Source: an uncultured Acidobacteriota bacterium
GTDB taxonomy: Bacteria; Acidobacteriota; Thermoanaerobaculia; Multivoradales; UBA5704
NCBI GenBank assembly: GCA_963770895.1
Contig: CAVYRF010000001.1
Span: 1,760,001-1,824,000 of the forward strand
Length of the DNA: 64,000 nucleotides
Direction: 5' to 3'
The notes under the pieces were generated by a model. That model was given only the letters and a program-made list of their open reading frames with translations, was not told the origin of the DNA and did not search any database. The translations under genes and the position numbers were made by a program. Shown here in pieces: positions 28,707 to 38,424 of the stretch. Position 1 is the first letter of the stretch. Each line of letters opens with the position of its first letter.

Positions 28707-31700
28707 ATGCACTGTCCGCACTGCCAGTTCGCCAACCCGCCGGGGATGAAATTCTGCGGCGCCTGCGGCGAGCGCCTGGCGCTGGTGTGCACGCGGTGCG
28801 GCGCCGAGATCCCCGCCGGCTTCAAGTTCTGCGGCGGCTGCGGCACGCCGCTGGCGCCGGCGGAGGCGGCGGGGGCGCCGCAGCGCGCCGGTACGCCCGC
28901 GGCCGACGGCCGGGCGCAGCCGTCCGCCGCCGCGGGCGCGCCGCCGCCCCCGGTGGCGCCCTACACGCCGCCGCACCTGGAGGCGCAGGGCATGAGCTCG
29001 CGCGCCTCCTTCGAGGGCGAGCGCAAGCAGGTGACGGTGCTGTTCTGCGACCTGGTGAGCTCGACGGCGCTGGCCGACCGCATCGGGCCGGAAGCCATGC
29101 ACGCCTTGCTGCAGGGCTTTTTCGAGCTGGCGCTGGGCGAAGTGCACCGCTACGGTGGCACCATCAACCAGTTTCTGGGCGACGGCTTCATGGCGCTGTT
29201 CGGCGCGCCGGTGGCGCATGAGGACCACGCGCGCCGCGCCGTGCTGTCGGCCCTGGCGGTGCGGCGGGCGCTCGCCCAGGGCGACCTGGGCCGGTCCGGC
29301 GGCGCCGCCCCCGGCGCGGACCCGGCGCCGCCGGAGGGCCTGGCGGTGCGCATGGGCCTCAACACCGGCTGGGTGGTGGTCGGCAGCCTGGGCGACCACC
29401 TGCGGACGGACTACACCGCGGTGGGCGGCAGCACCAACCTGGCGGCGCGGCTGCAACAGCTGGCGGCGGCCGGCGACATCCTGATCAGCGAAGCCACGCG
29501 CGCCCTGGCCGGCAGCGACATGAACGTCGAGGCGCTGGCGCCGGCGATGGTGAAGGGCGTGGCGAACCCGGTGACGGCCTACCGCCTGCTGGACGTCGCC
29601 GAAAGCGCCGCGCCGCCGGCCGCGGCTCGCCGCGAGCAGAGCCCCCTGGTCGGGCGCGAAGCGGAGATGCGCAGCCTCGAGGCGCTGGTGGAGCGGGCGG
29701 CGGCCGGCCAGGGTCAGGTGGCGGGAATCGTCGGCGATGCCGGCCTCGGCAAGTCGCGCCTGGTCCTGGAGCTGCGGCGCCGCGTCGAACCGCGGCTCAA
29801 CGTCACCTGGTTCGGCGGCCGCTGCCTGTCGTACGGGCAGGGCATCCCGTACCTGCCGTTCCTCAACCTGCTGCGCGAGGCGTGGTCGATCTCCGACGCC
29901 GATCCGCCGGAGGAGGTCGCGGCCAAGGTCGACGCCGGCTTGGCGCAGGCGGGGATCGCGAGCCGTGAGCCCGTGCCGTACATCCTGGAGCTGATGGGGG
30001 TGAGCCAGGGCGGCCATGCGGCGGCCGAGCTGGGTTCCCAGGTGATGCAGCGGCGCATTTTCGCCGCCCTGCGGCAGCTCTTCCTGCAAGCCAGCCGGCG
30101 CTGCCTGGTGGTGGTCGAGATCGAAGACCTGCACTGGGTCGACCCCACCTCGGAAGAGCTGCTGCTCAGCCTGGTGGAGGAGCTGCCGGGGGTCGCCCTG
30201 CTGCTGCTCGTGACCTACCGCACCGGCTACCGGCCGCCCTGGGCGGAAAAGTCCTATGCCACCCAGGTCGGGGTGCAGTCGCTGTCGATGCACGAAAGCC
30301 GCGAGCTGATCGAGGCCACGCTGCGCCGCTCCGACGTTTCCTGGGAGCTCACCGCCGCCATCCTGGAGCGGGCGGAAGGCAACCCGTTCTTCCTCGAAGA
30401 GCTGGCGCGTGCCGTCGAGGATCGGGTCACGGGCAGCGACAGCGTCGTGCCCGACACCGTGCAGGCGGTGCTGATGGCGCGCATCGACCGCCTGCCCGAA
30501 GAGCACAAGCGTCTGCTGCAGACCGCCTCGGTGCTCGGGCGCGAGCTGCAGCGCAGCCTGCTGGCGGCGGTCTGGGAGAGCCCGTCGACCCTGGACGCGC
30601 TGCTGCAGGACCTCAAGCGCTGGGAGCTGCTCAAGGAAGTGCCCGCCGCCAACGGCGAAACGCTGCTGATGTTCCGCCACGTGCTGGCCCAGGAGGCCGC
30701 CTACGCCAGCCTGCTGACCCACCGCCGCGAAGCGCTGCACGCGGCGGCGGGGCGGGCGCTCGAAGTGCTCTTCCGCGGCCGCCTCGAAGAGGCCTACGCC
30801 GGTCTCGCCTATCACTTCCCGCAGGCCAACGACACGGCCAAGGCGGTCGAGTACCTGGCGCGCTCGGCCGAATGGTGGGCGCGCCGCTTCGCTCACCCCG
30901 AAGCCGCCAAAGCCTTGCAGGAGGCGTTGCAGCACGCCGAGCGCCTGCCGGAGGCGGAGCGCGATCGCCGGCTGGTAGAGCTGGTGCTGCAGCTGGCCCA
31001 CTCGCTGCTGCCGCTGGCCCGCTTCCCCGACACCCTGGAGCTCTGCCTGGACCACCGCGAGCGCGTCGACCGCCTGGGGGACCCGGCGCTGACCGGCCGC
31101 TTCTACTTCTGGCTGGCCCACACCCACAGCTACCTGGGGGACCAGGCGCAGGCGGAGGTGGCGGCCGAGCGCGCCCTGGCGCTCGCGACGCAGAGCGACG
31201 ACGACGTGACGCGCGCCAAGGCGCACTACGTGCTGGCGCGAGACGGCTTCTGGTCCGGGCGGTTCGCCCACGGCGCCCAGCACGCGCTGCAAGCGGTGGC
31301 GCTGCTCGAACGGCACGGCGAGCGCTGGTGGCGCGGCCAGGCCTACTGGGTGGCCGGCTTCAACGAGTACGCGCTGGGCCGCTTCGCGCCGGCGCTGGAC
31401 GCCATGGCGCAGGCGCAGGCGATCGGCGAGGCGCTGGCCGACCCGCGGCTCGACACCTCCTGGAGCACCGGCTATTTCTACGCCACGATGGGGGAGTGGG
31501 AAGCGGCGATCCGCGACTGCCGCGGCGCCCTGGCGCGCTCGCGCGATCCGCTCAACACCACGGCGGCGCTCGGCTTCCTGGGCTACGCCTACCTGGAGCG
31601 GGGCGACCTGCCGGAGGCGGTGCAGGCGCTGGAGGCGGCGGTCGACAGCCTGCGCAAGGCGGGCTTCCGGCAGATGCTGGGGTGGTTCTGCGCCTTCCTC

Positions 31701-32132
31701 GCCGAAGCCTGCCTGCGCACCGGCAAGGCGGCGCAGGGGCGGCTGCTGGCCAGGGAGGCGCTCGAGATCGCCCGCGAAACCCGCTTCGGCTACGGCGCCG
31801 GGCTGGCGCAGCGGGCGCTGGGCAGGATCGCGCGCCAGGCCGGCACCGGGGGCGAGGCGGCGGAATGGCTGGGGGAGGCGCTCGCCACCTTCACGCAGCT
31901 CGCGGCGCGCTTCGAGATCGGGCGCTCCCACCTCGACCTGGCGGCGCTGGCCGCCGATCGCGGCGACGACCCGGCGGCCGAGCGGCACCTGGGCCTTGCC
32001 CGCGACCTGTTCGAAGAGCTGGGCGCGACGCGCTACCGCGAACGGGTGGAGCAGCTGGCGGCGGCGCGCGGCGAGTCGTGGCTGGAGCGCGCGGCCGGCG
32101 GCAGCCAGCCGCCGCCTCAGGCCGGCGGCTGA
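28707..32132 (+). CDS. Double zinc ribbon-class III nucleotide cyclase-AAA ATPase-TPR protein
   Basis: Four CxxC pairs; VLFCDLVSST, FLGDGFMALFG, TNLAARLQ; GDAGLGKS; EDLHW; GNPFFLEEL; TPR-like C-terminus. Confidence 0.93.
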   Translation: MHCPHCQFANPPGMKFCGACGERLALVCTRCGAEIPAGFKFCGGCGTPLAPAEAAGAPQRAGTPAADGRAQPSAAAGAPPPPVAPYTPPHLEAQGMSSRASFEGERKQVTVLFCDLVSSTALADRIGPEAMHALLQGFFELALGEVHRYGGTINQFLGDGFMALFGAPVAHEDHARRAVLSALAVRRALAQGDLGRSGGAAPGADPAPPEGLAVRMGLNTGWVVVGSLGDHLRTDYTAVGGSTNLAARLQQLAAAGDILISEATRALAGSDMNVEALAPAMVKGVANPVTAYRLLDVAESAAPPAAARREQSPLVGREAEMRSLEALVERAAAGQGQVAGIVGDAGLGKSRLVLELRRRVEPRLNVTWFGGRCLSYGQGIPYLPFLNLLREAWSISDADPPEEVAAKVDAGLAQAGIASREPVPYILELMGVSQGGHAAAELGSQVMQRRIFAALRQLFLQASRRCLVVVEIEDLHWVDPTSEELLLSLVEELPGVALLLLVTYRTGYRPPWAEKSYATQVGVQSLSMHESRELIEATLRRSDVSWELTAAILERAEGNPFFLEELARAVEDRVTGSDSVVPDTVQAVLMARIDRLPEEHKRLLQTASVLGRELQRSLLAAVWESPSTLDALLQDLKRWELLKEVPAANGETLLMFRHVLAQEAAYASLLTHRREALHAAAGRALEVLFRGRLEEAYAGLAYHFPQANDTAKAVEYLARSAEWWARRFAHPEAAKALQEALQHAERLPEAERDRRLVELVLQLAHSLLPLARFPDTLELCLDHRERVDRLGDPALTGRFYFWLAHTHSYLGDQAQAEVAAERALALATQSDDDVTRAKAHYVLARDGFWSGRFAHGAQHALQAVALLERHGERWWRGQAYWVAGFNEYALGRFAPALDAMAQAQAIGEALADPRLDTSWSTGYFYATMGEWEAAIRDCRGALARSRDPLNTTAALGFLGYAYLERGDLPEAVQALEAAVDSLRKAGFRQMLGWFCAFLAEACLRTGKAAQGRLLAREALEIARETRFGYGAGLAQRALGRIARQAGTGGEAAEWLGEALATFTQLAARFEIGRSHLDLAALAADRGDDPAAERHLGLARDLFEELGATRYRERVEQLAAARGESWLERAAGGSQPPPQAGG

Positions 32133-33223
32133 GCCAGGGCGGCGGCCAGCAGGTAGAGCTTGGCGGCGAGCGGCCGGCGGCGGTCGCAGACCAGCTTGAC
32201 GTGGCTGAGGACGCGCGCGCAGCGCAGCGCGGCGGCGTCGCGGCCCAGCGGCCAGCGCCCGGGCGCCGTCCACAGGCTGTCCTGTCCCGGCCAGGCGAGC
32301 GCCGCGTCGCGCGCCGCGGGCGAGCACAGACCGGCCGCGACCAGGCGGCCCAGCAGGCGCTCCCAGCGCGGATCGCGCCGCGGCTGGCGGGAAAACGAAA
32401 CCTCGACGCCGACCCGCGGCCCGATGCTCTCCAGGTGGTGGTCCAGGTCGCAGGACAGGTGCAGGCGGCCGCCCTCGGCGAGCAGCGGCGCCAGCCCGGC
32501 GACCCGCGCCGCCGCCGCCGGCGCCCGGAGCCGTTCCAGGAAGGCCACCAGGGGGGGCAGCTCGCTCCAGCCCGCCACCTCCAGGCGCACGGCGCGCGTC
32601 CGGCGCGGCTGCAGGGCGAAGACGTAGAGCGGCCGGCCCGGCGGCGGCACCTCGCGCCAGCAGCGCTCCAGCAGCCGGCGCTGCGCGGCCGGCAGCGGCG
32701 CGCCGCACATGGCCGGCAGCAACGTGGCGGCAACCCATTCGACCGCGGCCCCGGAGGCGAGCCGGGCGCAGAGGATCGGCTGCGGCAGCGCCGAGGGCGG
32801 CGCGAGCGGGAGCGCCGACGCCGGCGCCGGCGGTGGGGGCGGCGCCGGGCGCAGGTCGAACTCCAGCCAGATCGAGGTGGCGTGGGCGCGCCAGTCGGGG
32901 CGCGCCGCCCAGGTTCGCAGGAAGCGCTGCCAGCCGGGAGTGGCGGCCGTCGCCGTCGGGTCGCCCCCGTCGGCGGCGCCGCCGCCCAGCGCCAGCGTCA
33001 TCGCCTGGGCGGGACTGGTCACCCGCAACGACAGGTCGACGCGGTGCGGTGTCCTGCCGGCAGGTGTCAGGCTGGTTTCGAACACCAGCGCCCCATCGCC
33101 CGGCAGCCGGCCGGCGAGCGCACGCAGGCTCGCCACCGATCGGCGGCCGGCCAGGCAGGCGGGAAGGCGCGGCAGCACCACCTCCAGCCAGTCCGCCGCG
33201 CTGGCAGAAGCGGCAGGAGGCAC
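32117..33223 (-). CDS. Uncharacterised protein downstream of the Nif11 precursor (possible peptide-modifying enzyme)
   Basis: Open frame with IWLEFD and LSHVKL...AKLYL motifs; start uncertain (GTG 33223 is the first in-frame start after the precursor stop); 3' end overlaps the cyclase gene by 16 bp. Confidence 0.7.
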   Translation of the reverse strand: MPPAASASAADWLEVVLPRLPACLAGRRSVASLRALAGRLPGDGALVFETSLTPAGRTPHRVDLSLRVTSPAQAMTLALGGGAADGGDPTATAATPGWQRFLRTWAARPDWRAHATSIWLEFDLRPAPPPPPAPASALPLAPPSALPQPILCARLASGAAVEWVAATLLPAMCGAPLPAAQRRLLERCWREVPPPGRPLYVFALQPRRTRAVRLEVAGWSELPPLVAFLERLRAPAAAARVAGLAPLLAEGGRLHLSCDLDHHLESIGPRVGVEVSFSRQPRRDPRWERLLGRLVAAGLCSPAARDAALAWPGQDSLWTAPGRWPLGRDAAALRCARVLSHVKLVCDRRRPLAAKLYLLAAALAQPPA

Positions 33224-33273
33224 GATGTCAGAAGTGTCCGGCGCGGCAGCCGCCGCCGGCCGCGATGGCTGGT

Positions 33274-33516
33274 CTAGCTGCCGCTGGGAGGTGGATCGGT
33301 CGAGCTCCAGCCGCCGGCGGCCAGGTCCAGGTCGTCGTCCGACAGCTCGCCGGCGCGGTTGAGGGCTTCGGCCTCCGCGCGGGTGAAGTCGTAACCGCGC
33401 GCGCGAGCCCATTGCACCGCCGCCTCCAGATCCTGGGAGCGGCGCCGGAACTCCGCCGCCAGTTGGGCATTGCCATCGACATCGGAAAGGAAGCGCTCCA
33501 GCTCTTTCTGGCTCAT
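33274..33516 (-). CDS. Nif11-like leader RiPP precursor, core WSSTDPPPSGS
   Basis: MSQKELERFL...ARARGYDFT...ELSDDDLDLAAGG is a typical Nif11-type leader ending in double Gly. Confidence 0.92.
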   Translation of the reverse strand: MSQKELERFLSDVDGNAQLAAEFRRRSQDLEAAVQWARARGYDFTRAEAEALNRAGELSDDDLDLAAGGWSSTDPPPSGS

Positions 33517-33749
33517 CGTCCCACCCCACAGAGATACGGCAGCACGAGCTTGCAGCGGCCGCTCATCCTTGTGCCACTTCGAAAGTTAGTGTAGGAGGCG
33601 GGACCGCTCGCGTCAACGACGGGGGAAGCGGCAGAATCGTGTCTTATCCAACCAGATGAATCCATTGCGCTGGATCGCGAGGCATCCGGCAGATGAAGTC
33701 TGTGCCTGATAGCAAGTAGACTGGCATATCTAACTGATTGTTGCCGATT

Positions 33750-33765
33750 TGGCATGCCGTTCGCA
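33750..33765 (+). promoter_or_regulatory. Possible sigma54 promoter
   Basis: TGGCATGCCGTTCGCA has GG-N10-GC spacing and lies about 115 nt upstream of ATG 33882. Confidence 0.5.
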
Positions 33766-33881
33766 TCTCCGGTCGACTGAGCTCCTGCGACGCCGCCCAG
33801 ACCTGAGTCGAACCGGCCTGCCCGCAACCGCGCGTGGCGCCGGCCGGGGGGCGGTGTGGTCGCACGAAACGGGGGTGAACG

Positions 33882-35828
33882 ATGAAGAGCAGGGCGTCTC
33901 GGCTTGGCAGGTCGGTCGGGTTCGCCCGCGGCGCGGGTGGCGTCGCGGTTCTCTGGATCGCCACCGAGGTGGTGCTTGCGGGTGGCGGCGCAGGCCCGGT
34001 CTGGGCGGGACCCGCTACGGCGGGGCCGGCGGCCGGCGGTGGGGCCGGCGCGCCGAGCGCAGGTGGGGCGGTGACGCTGCCGCTTGCACAGTTCGAGGAG
34101 CTGCGGGCGCGCGCGCAGGTCGCGGCCGAGCCGCCGGCTATGCCGCCGGCACCGTTTGCGATCTTGAGCGACCAGGTGGAGATCGCGGTCGGGCCGAGCA
34201 GCGCGGCGGTGTTGCAGCGGCTCACGGTGCGGGTGCTGAGCCGCGATTGGGTGGAGGTGCCGCTGGGCGACGCGGGCTCGCTGGTGGAGGCCGACCTGGG
34301 GGGGCTGGAAGGGCAGGTGCAGGCCGGCCGCGGCGAAACCGTGCTGCGCGTGCGCGGCGCCGGAGACCACCAGCTGCGCCTGAGCTCGGCGGTGGCGGTG
34401 GCCGCCGATTCGGCGGCGACGCGGCCGGCGTGGCGGTTTGCGCTGCGCCTGCCGGTGGCGGCGGTGGTGCACGGCCGGCTGGTGGCGTCACCGGCGCTCG
34501 CCGGCAAGGTCGAGGATGCGGCCCTGGAGGCGGGCGGCTTTGCGGAGCCGGGAAGCGCGGCCGCGGGGTGGAGCTTCGCCGGCGAGCCGGGCCGCGAGCT
34601 GCGCGCCGGGCTTCTGGGGCGCGCGGTGGTGCCGGAGAGGGCGCGGCTGCCGCTGCGTTTCGAGGCCACCTCGGCCAGCTCCCTGACGGTGTCGCGGACC
34701 CGCCTCAAGGTGCGTGCCTGGGTGCAGGCGCGCGTGGCGCAGGGGAGCCTGCCGGAGCTGGTGTTGCGGCTGCCCCAGGGGCTGGTGGTCGAAGGCGTGA
34801 CGGGGACGCAGGTGGCGGGCTGGAAGGTGGCCGACGGCGCCCTGGCGGTGACTCCCTTTACCGCCGCCGAAGATCAGTTGACGGTGGAGGTGGAGCTCAG
34901 CGGCGCGCCGGTGGACGCCCTTGCGGCGCCGCTGCTGGTGCCGGCGGGCGCCGGGCGCACCACCTACCTGGCGCGCGCGGCGGTGCAGGGTGACGGCCTG
35001 CTCGAAGTGGCCGACCGCGGCTCGACGCGGCCGCCCGACGCCGCCGAGATCGCACCCCTGGGCGACCAGGCCGCCGCCTGGACGGCGGGCACCGGCGGCA
35101 AGGCCTGGCTGGTCGGCGACGCCGCGCAGCCGCCGCGCTGGCACGCCCTGTGGGCCGAGCGCACCGAGGTGCTGGCGGCGCAGATCGATCAGCTCTGGCT
35201 GGAGGTGGCCGCCGGTGAGGCGGGGCGCGCGACCTACCAGGTGTGGGCGCTGGTGCGCAACCGCGGCAGCACCGACCTGGAACTGCTGCCACCGGCCGGA
35301 TTCGAGCTGCGACAGGCGAGCCGCGATGGCGTGCCGATGCCCGTGGGGATGGCTGCCGGCGGCGGCCTGACGATGCCGCTGCTGGCGCGCGAGGCGCCGC
35401 AGGTGATCCACCTGTCCGGCCTGGTACCGCTGCAGCTGCCCACAGGAAAAGGGGAGCTGGCGGTGCCGCTGCCGGCGCTTTCGGCCCCCGCCGCGCGCAT
35501 CGACGTGCGGCTGCTGCTGCCGGCCGCCGGCCGCGCCTACGCGCTGGCGGACCGCACGCGCGCGGCGCCGGCCGCGGTGCCGCCGCCGTCGCCGTCGCCG
35601 TCGCCAGCGGCGACGGGCGCGACGCCACCGGGGGCGCTGGGTGGCGGCGACCTCGCGGCGCAGGTCCGGCAGCTGCCTGCCGCGGCGGCGGTCCTCGACC
35701 GCGCCCTGCCCGGCGAGCTTCCGCAGGGCTTTGTCGAGCTGAATGCGAGCTGGAGCGCGCTGTCCGCAACACCGGGACCGCTTGCCATCTCCGTGATGGC
35801 GCGAAAGGACGGTGAGCCATGGTTCTGA
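33882..35828 (+). CDS. Large exported hypothetical protein
   Basis: 648-aa ORF with signal-like N-terminus; overlaps the next gene by 10 bp. Confidence 0.75.
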   Translation: MKSRASRLGRSVGFARGAGGVAVLWIATEVVLAGGGAGPVWAGPATAGPAAGGGAGAPSAGGAVTLPLAQFEELRARAQVAAEPPAMPPAPFAILSDQVEIAVGPSSAAVLQRLTVRVLSRDWVEVPLGDAGSLVEADLGGLEGQVQAGRGETVLRVRGAGDHQLRLSSAVAVAADSAATRPAWRFALRLPVAAVVHGRLVASPALAGKVEDAALEAGGFAEPGSAAAGWSFAGEPGRELRAGLLGRAVVPERARLPLRFEATSASSLTVSRTRLKVRAWVQARVAQGSLPELVLRLPQGLVVEGVTGTQVAGWKVADGALAVTPFTAAEDQLTVEVELSGAPVDALAAPLLVPAGAGRTTYLARAAVQGDGLLEVADRGSTRPPDAAEIAPLGDQAAAWTAGTGGKAWLVGDAAQPPRWHALWAERTEVLAAQIDQLWLEVAAGEAGRATYQVWALVRNRGSTDLELLPPAGFELRQASRDGVPMPVGMAAGGGLTMPLLAREAPQVIHLSGLVPLQLPTGKGELAVPLPALSAPAARIDVRLLLPAAGRAYALADRTRAAPAAVPPPSPSPSPAATGATPPGALGGGDLAAQVRQLPAAAAVLDRALPGELPQGFVELNASWSALSATPGPLAISVMARKDGEPWF

Positions 35829-38218
35829 GCAGAAGATTCGTCGTCGTCGTTGTCGCCGCCTCGACGGTGATCGCCGCCTCCTCCGCCTGCTTCCCGGCCG
35901 CGGCGGCGGAGGTGCAGCCGGCGCGCGCGGGCGAGGTCAGCCTGTCGCTCAAGGACTACCTGACTCTCAAGGACAGCGCGGAGCGCGCCGACACGCAGCG
36001 GCAGGCGGCGGCGCACCGCGAGGCGCCGGTCGCCGCGGTGGCGGCGCAGCACACGGCCGTCGACGTCGGCCGCGCCGGCGGCACCACCGCCGCCCCAGGC
36101 GGGGCGCGCGCGGCGCTCGCGGCGCGTTTCTCGTCGCAGCTCGAAGTCCTGGTGCAGGGTCGGCCGCAACAGCCGATCGCGCTGCCGTCGGCCGGCCTGG
36201 TGTCGGCGGTCGAGGTGCTCCCGGCCGGCTCCGGCGCGACGGCGGCCGGCGCCGGACCGCACGGACCAGGGCTTTTCCTGGTCGCCCCGGAGGCGGGGCG
36301 CTACGGCGTGCGGGTGCGCAGCGAAGAGCGCGTCGTCGACGACTTCGGGGTGAGCCGCGTGGCGTTGCCGCCGATCTTGGCGCCGGTCGCCGCGATGGAT
36401 GTGACGCTCCCCGCCGACCTGGCCTGGGAGTGCGCCGGCATGGTGGTCATCGAGGATCGCGTCGACGGCGGCAGCCGGCGGCTGCGGCTGTCAGGTCCGC
36501 GCGGCCTCGAGCCGGTGCTGGTGCTGCGCCAGGCGGTGGCGGGCGATCAGGCGGCGGAGCTGCTGGTGCAGGACGTCGCCGCCACCCTGCTGCAGCTGCG
36601 TCCGGAAGGGCTGCGGCGCCAGGACGTCATCCTGTACGAGGTGAAGCGCGGCGGTCTGGCCGACCTGGTGGTCGATCTGCCGCCCGGCCTGGAGGTGGAA
36701 CGCGCGGCGACCGACGAAGGGCTGGTGACCGCGGTCGCGGAAGGGCGCCGCCTCACCGTGCACCGCCGCCAACGCCTCACAGGGAGCGGCTACCTGGTGC
36801 TCACCTCGCGCCCGCCGGGAGGCCCCGGCCTGCTGCCGCTGGCGGCGGTCGCGCCGCAGCCGGCGCCGCGGGCCCGCTATCTCGCGGTGGCCGCCACGGT
36901 GCCGGGCCGCCTGGCGCCGCAACCGGCCGCGGCCTGGACGCGCGTCGACCTGGACGACCTGCCGGCTCCGCTCCAGGGAGCGCTCACGGCGCTCGACTCC
37001 ACCAGCGCCTGGCGCCAGGCGGCGGACGGCCGCGACGCCGCGGCGGTCGAATGGAGCACGACACCACAGGCCAGCAGCCTGGAGACCGTGGTGCAGCGGC
37101 GCCAGACCACGACGCTGCTCAGCGCCGACGGCACCCTTTTGCATCGCGACAGCTTCGAGCTGGCGCAGGCGGGAGCGGTGCTGTCGCTGGACCTCCCCGC
37201 CGGCGCCACGCTGTGGTCGGCGGCGATCGACGGCACCGCGGTGCGGCCGTTGCAGCGCGGCAGCCGGCTCGACGTGCCGCTCGGCGGCGGCGCCCGCGTG
37301 GTCGAGGTGGTGGAGGTCCTGCCGCGCGCCATCGCAGCGGGCGGCAGGTCGCGGCTCAGCTTCGAGCTGGCGCAGGTCGCGGCTCCGGTCGTCGAACACC
37401 GCTGGCGGCTGCTGCTGCCGGCCAGCGCGCGCTATCGCTTTGCCGGCGGCTCGCTGCAACCCATCCCGGCGCCGCAGCCGGCGGCGGCGGACATGGCGGT
37501 ACGAGCGAAGGTCCGCTGGCTGGGGCCGGTGCCGACGGCCAGGGATCCGTGGGTGATCCTGCAGTCGACTCCGGGCGTGATGACCGATCGCGTCAACCGC
37601 GGTGGCAACGAGAGCGGCCAGAATTCGGCCTACGTCCGTCCGGCCTCGGGAGCGTCCGCGGCACTGCAAGGGCAGGTCACCGATCCCGGTGGTACGCCGC
37701 TCCCCGGCGTCGACATCAGCCTGGCGCCGGTGGAGCAGCAGGGGCAGAAGCTGACGCAGGTGTCGGGGCCGGATGGGCGGTTTGCCTTTACCGGCGTGTC
37801 CGCCGGCCAGTATCACCTGAAGGCCCAGCTCGACGGCTTCGCGGTGACCGAGGTCCCCAACGTGCGCCTCGATGCGGGGGCCGCGCAAGCCGTCGAGCTG
37901 GTGCTGAGCAACACGACCGAAGAGGTGATCACCGTGACCTCTGAGGCGCCGCTGCTCGACGAGCGCAGGCTGAGCACCGGCGCCACGGTGTCCACGGCGG
38001 ACATGCGCCAGGTGCCCACTGCCAGGGCGCCGGCCGCGCCGGCGCCGGCATCGCCCCAGCTGCTCGACGAGCTCCACAACGGCCTGGCCGGCGGCGTCCG
38101 GCCGCTGCCGATCAGCGTGCCGGAGAGCGGCAAGGCGCTGCTCCTTGCGGGCGTCCTGCCGCCGGCGCGCGTCACCCTCGAGCTCGAGGTGAAGGCCGAC
38201 CGCCGGCACGGCGACTGA
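35819..38218 (+). CDS. Exported protein containing a carboxypeptidase-regulatory-like domain and TonB-receptor-derived segments
   Basis: Signal peptide; LQGQVTDPGGTPLPGV...GQYHLKAQLDGF; ARDPWVILQSTPGV. Confidence 0.8.
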   Translation: MVLSRRFVVVVVAASTVIAASSACFPAAAAEVQPARAGEVSLSLKDYLTLKDSAERADTQRQAAAHREAPVAAVAAQHTAVDVGRAGGTTAAPGGARAALAARFSSQLEVLVQGRPQQPIALPSAGLVSAVEVLPAGSGATAAGAGPHGPGLFLVAPEAGRYGVRVRSEERVVDDFGVSRVALPPILAPVAAMDVTLPADLAWECAGMVVIEDRVDGGSRRLRLSGPRGLEPVLVLRQAVAGDQAAELLVQDVAATLLQLRPEGLRRQDVILYEVKRGGLADLVVDLPPGLEVERAATDEGLVTAVAEGRRLTVHRRQRLTGSGYLVLTSRPPGGPGLLPLAAVAPQPAPRARYLAVAATVPGRLAPQPAAAWTRVDLDDLPAPLQGALTALDSTSAWRQAADGRDAAAVEWSTTPQASSLETVVQRRQTTTLLSADGTLLHRDSFELAQAGAVLSLDLPAGATLWSAAIDGTAVRPLQRGSRLDVPLGGGARVVEVVEVLPRAIAAGGRSRLSFELAQVAAPVVEHRWRLLLPASARYRFAGGSLQPIPAPQPAAADMAVRAKVRWLGPVPTARDPWVILQSTPGVMTDRVNRGGNESGQNSAYVRPASGASAALQGQVTDPGGTPLPGVDISLAPVEQQGQKLTQVSGPDGRFAFTGVSAGQYHLKAQLDGFAVTEVPNVRLDAGAAQAVELVLSNTTEEVITVTSEAPLLDERRLSTGATVSTADMRQVPTARAPAAPAPASPQLLDELHNGLAGGVRPLPISVPESGKALLLAGVLPPARVTLELEVKADRRHGD

Positions 38219-38424
38219 CCCTGGCCCGCCCGAGCCCCGCCGGCGCGCGGCCGGCATCGCCGCCGGCGGGGAGCCGTACCGGCCGCGGGCGCTGTCCCAG
38301 ATGTCCCACAACCCGGAAACCATCACACCACTCGGATGAGGGCTCCCCGTGTCCTGCCGAGTCCGGCGACGGAGCGATCGGCGGTCGGCGGCCGTGGGAG
38401 ATCCGTGCAAGGGAAGGAGAGCCT

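Noticed and set aside
22678-32738. Long minus-strand ORFs 22678-26151, 24935-28318 and 28263-32738
   Set aside because: Antisense to clear ABC transporter and cyclase genes; Arg/Ala/Pro-rich shadow translations
33224-33529. N-terminal extension of ORF 32117-33529
   Set aside because: Overlaps the Nif11 precursor in another frame and has no protein-like content
33561-33576. TGGCAC sigma54-like site upstream of the Nif11 precursor (minus strand)
   Set aside because: GG-to-GC spacing is 11 rather than 10 nt
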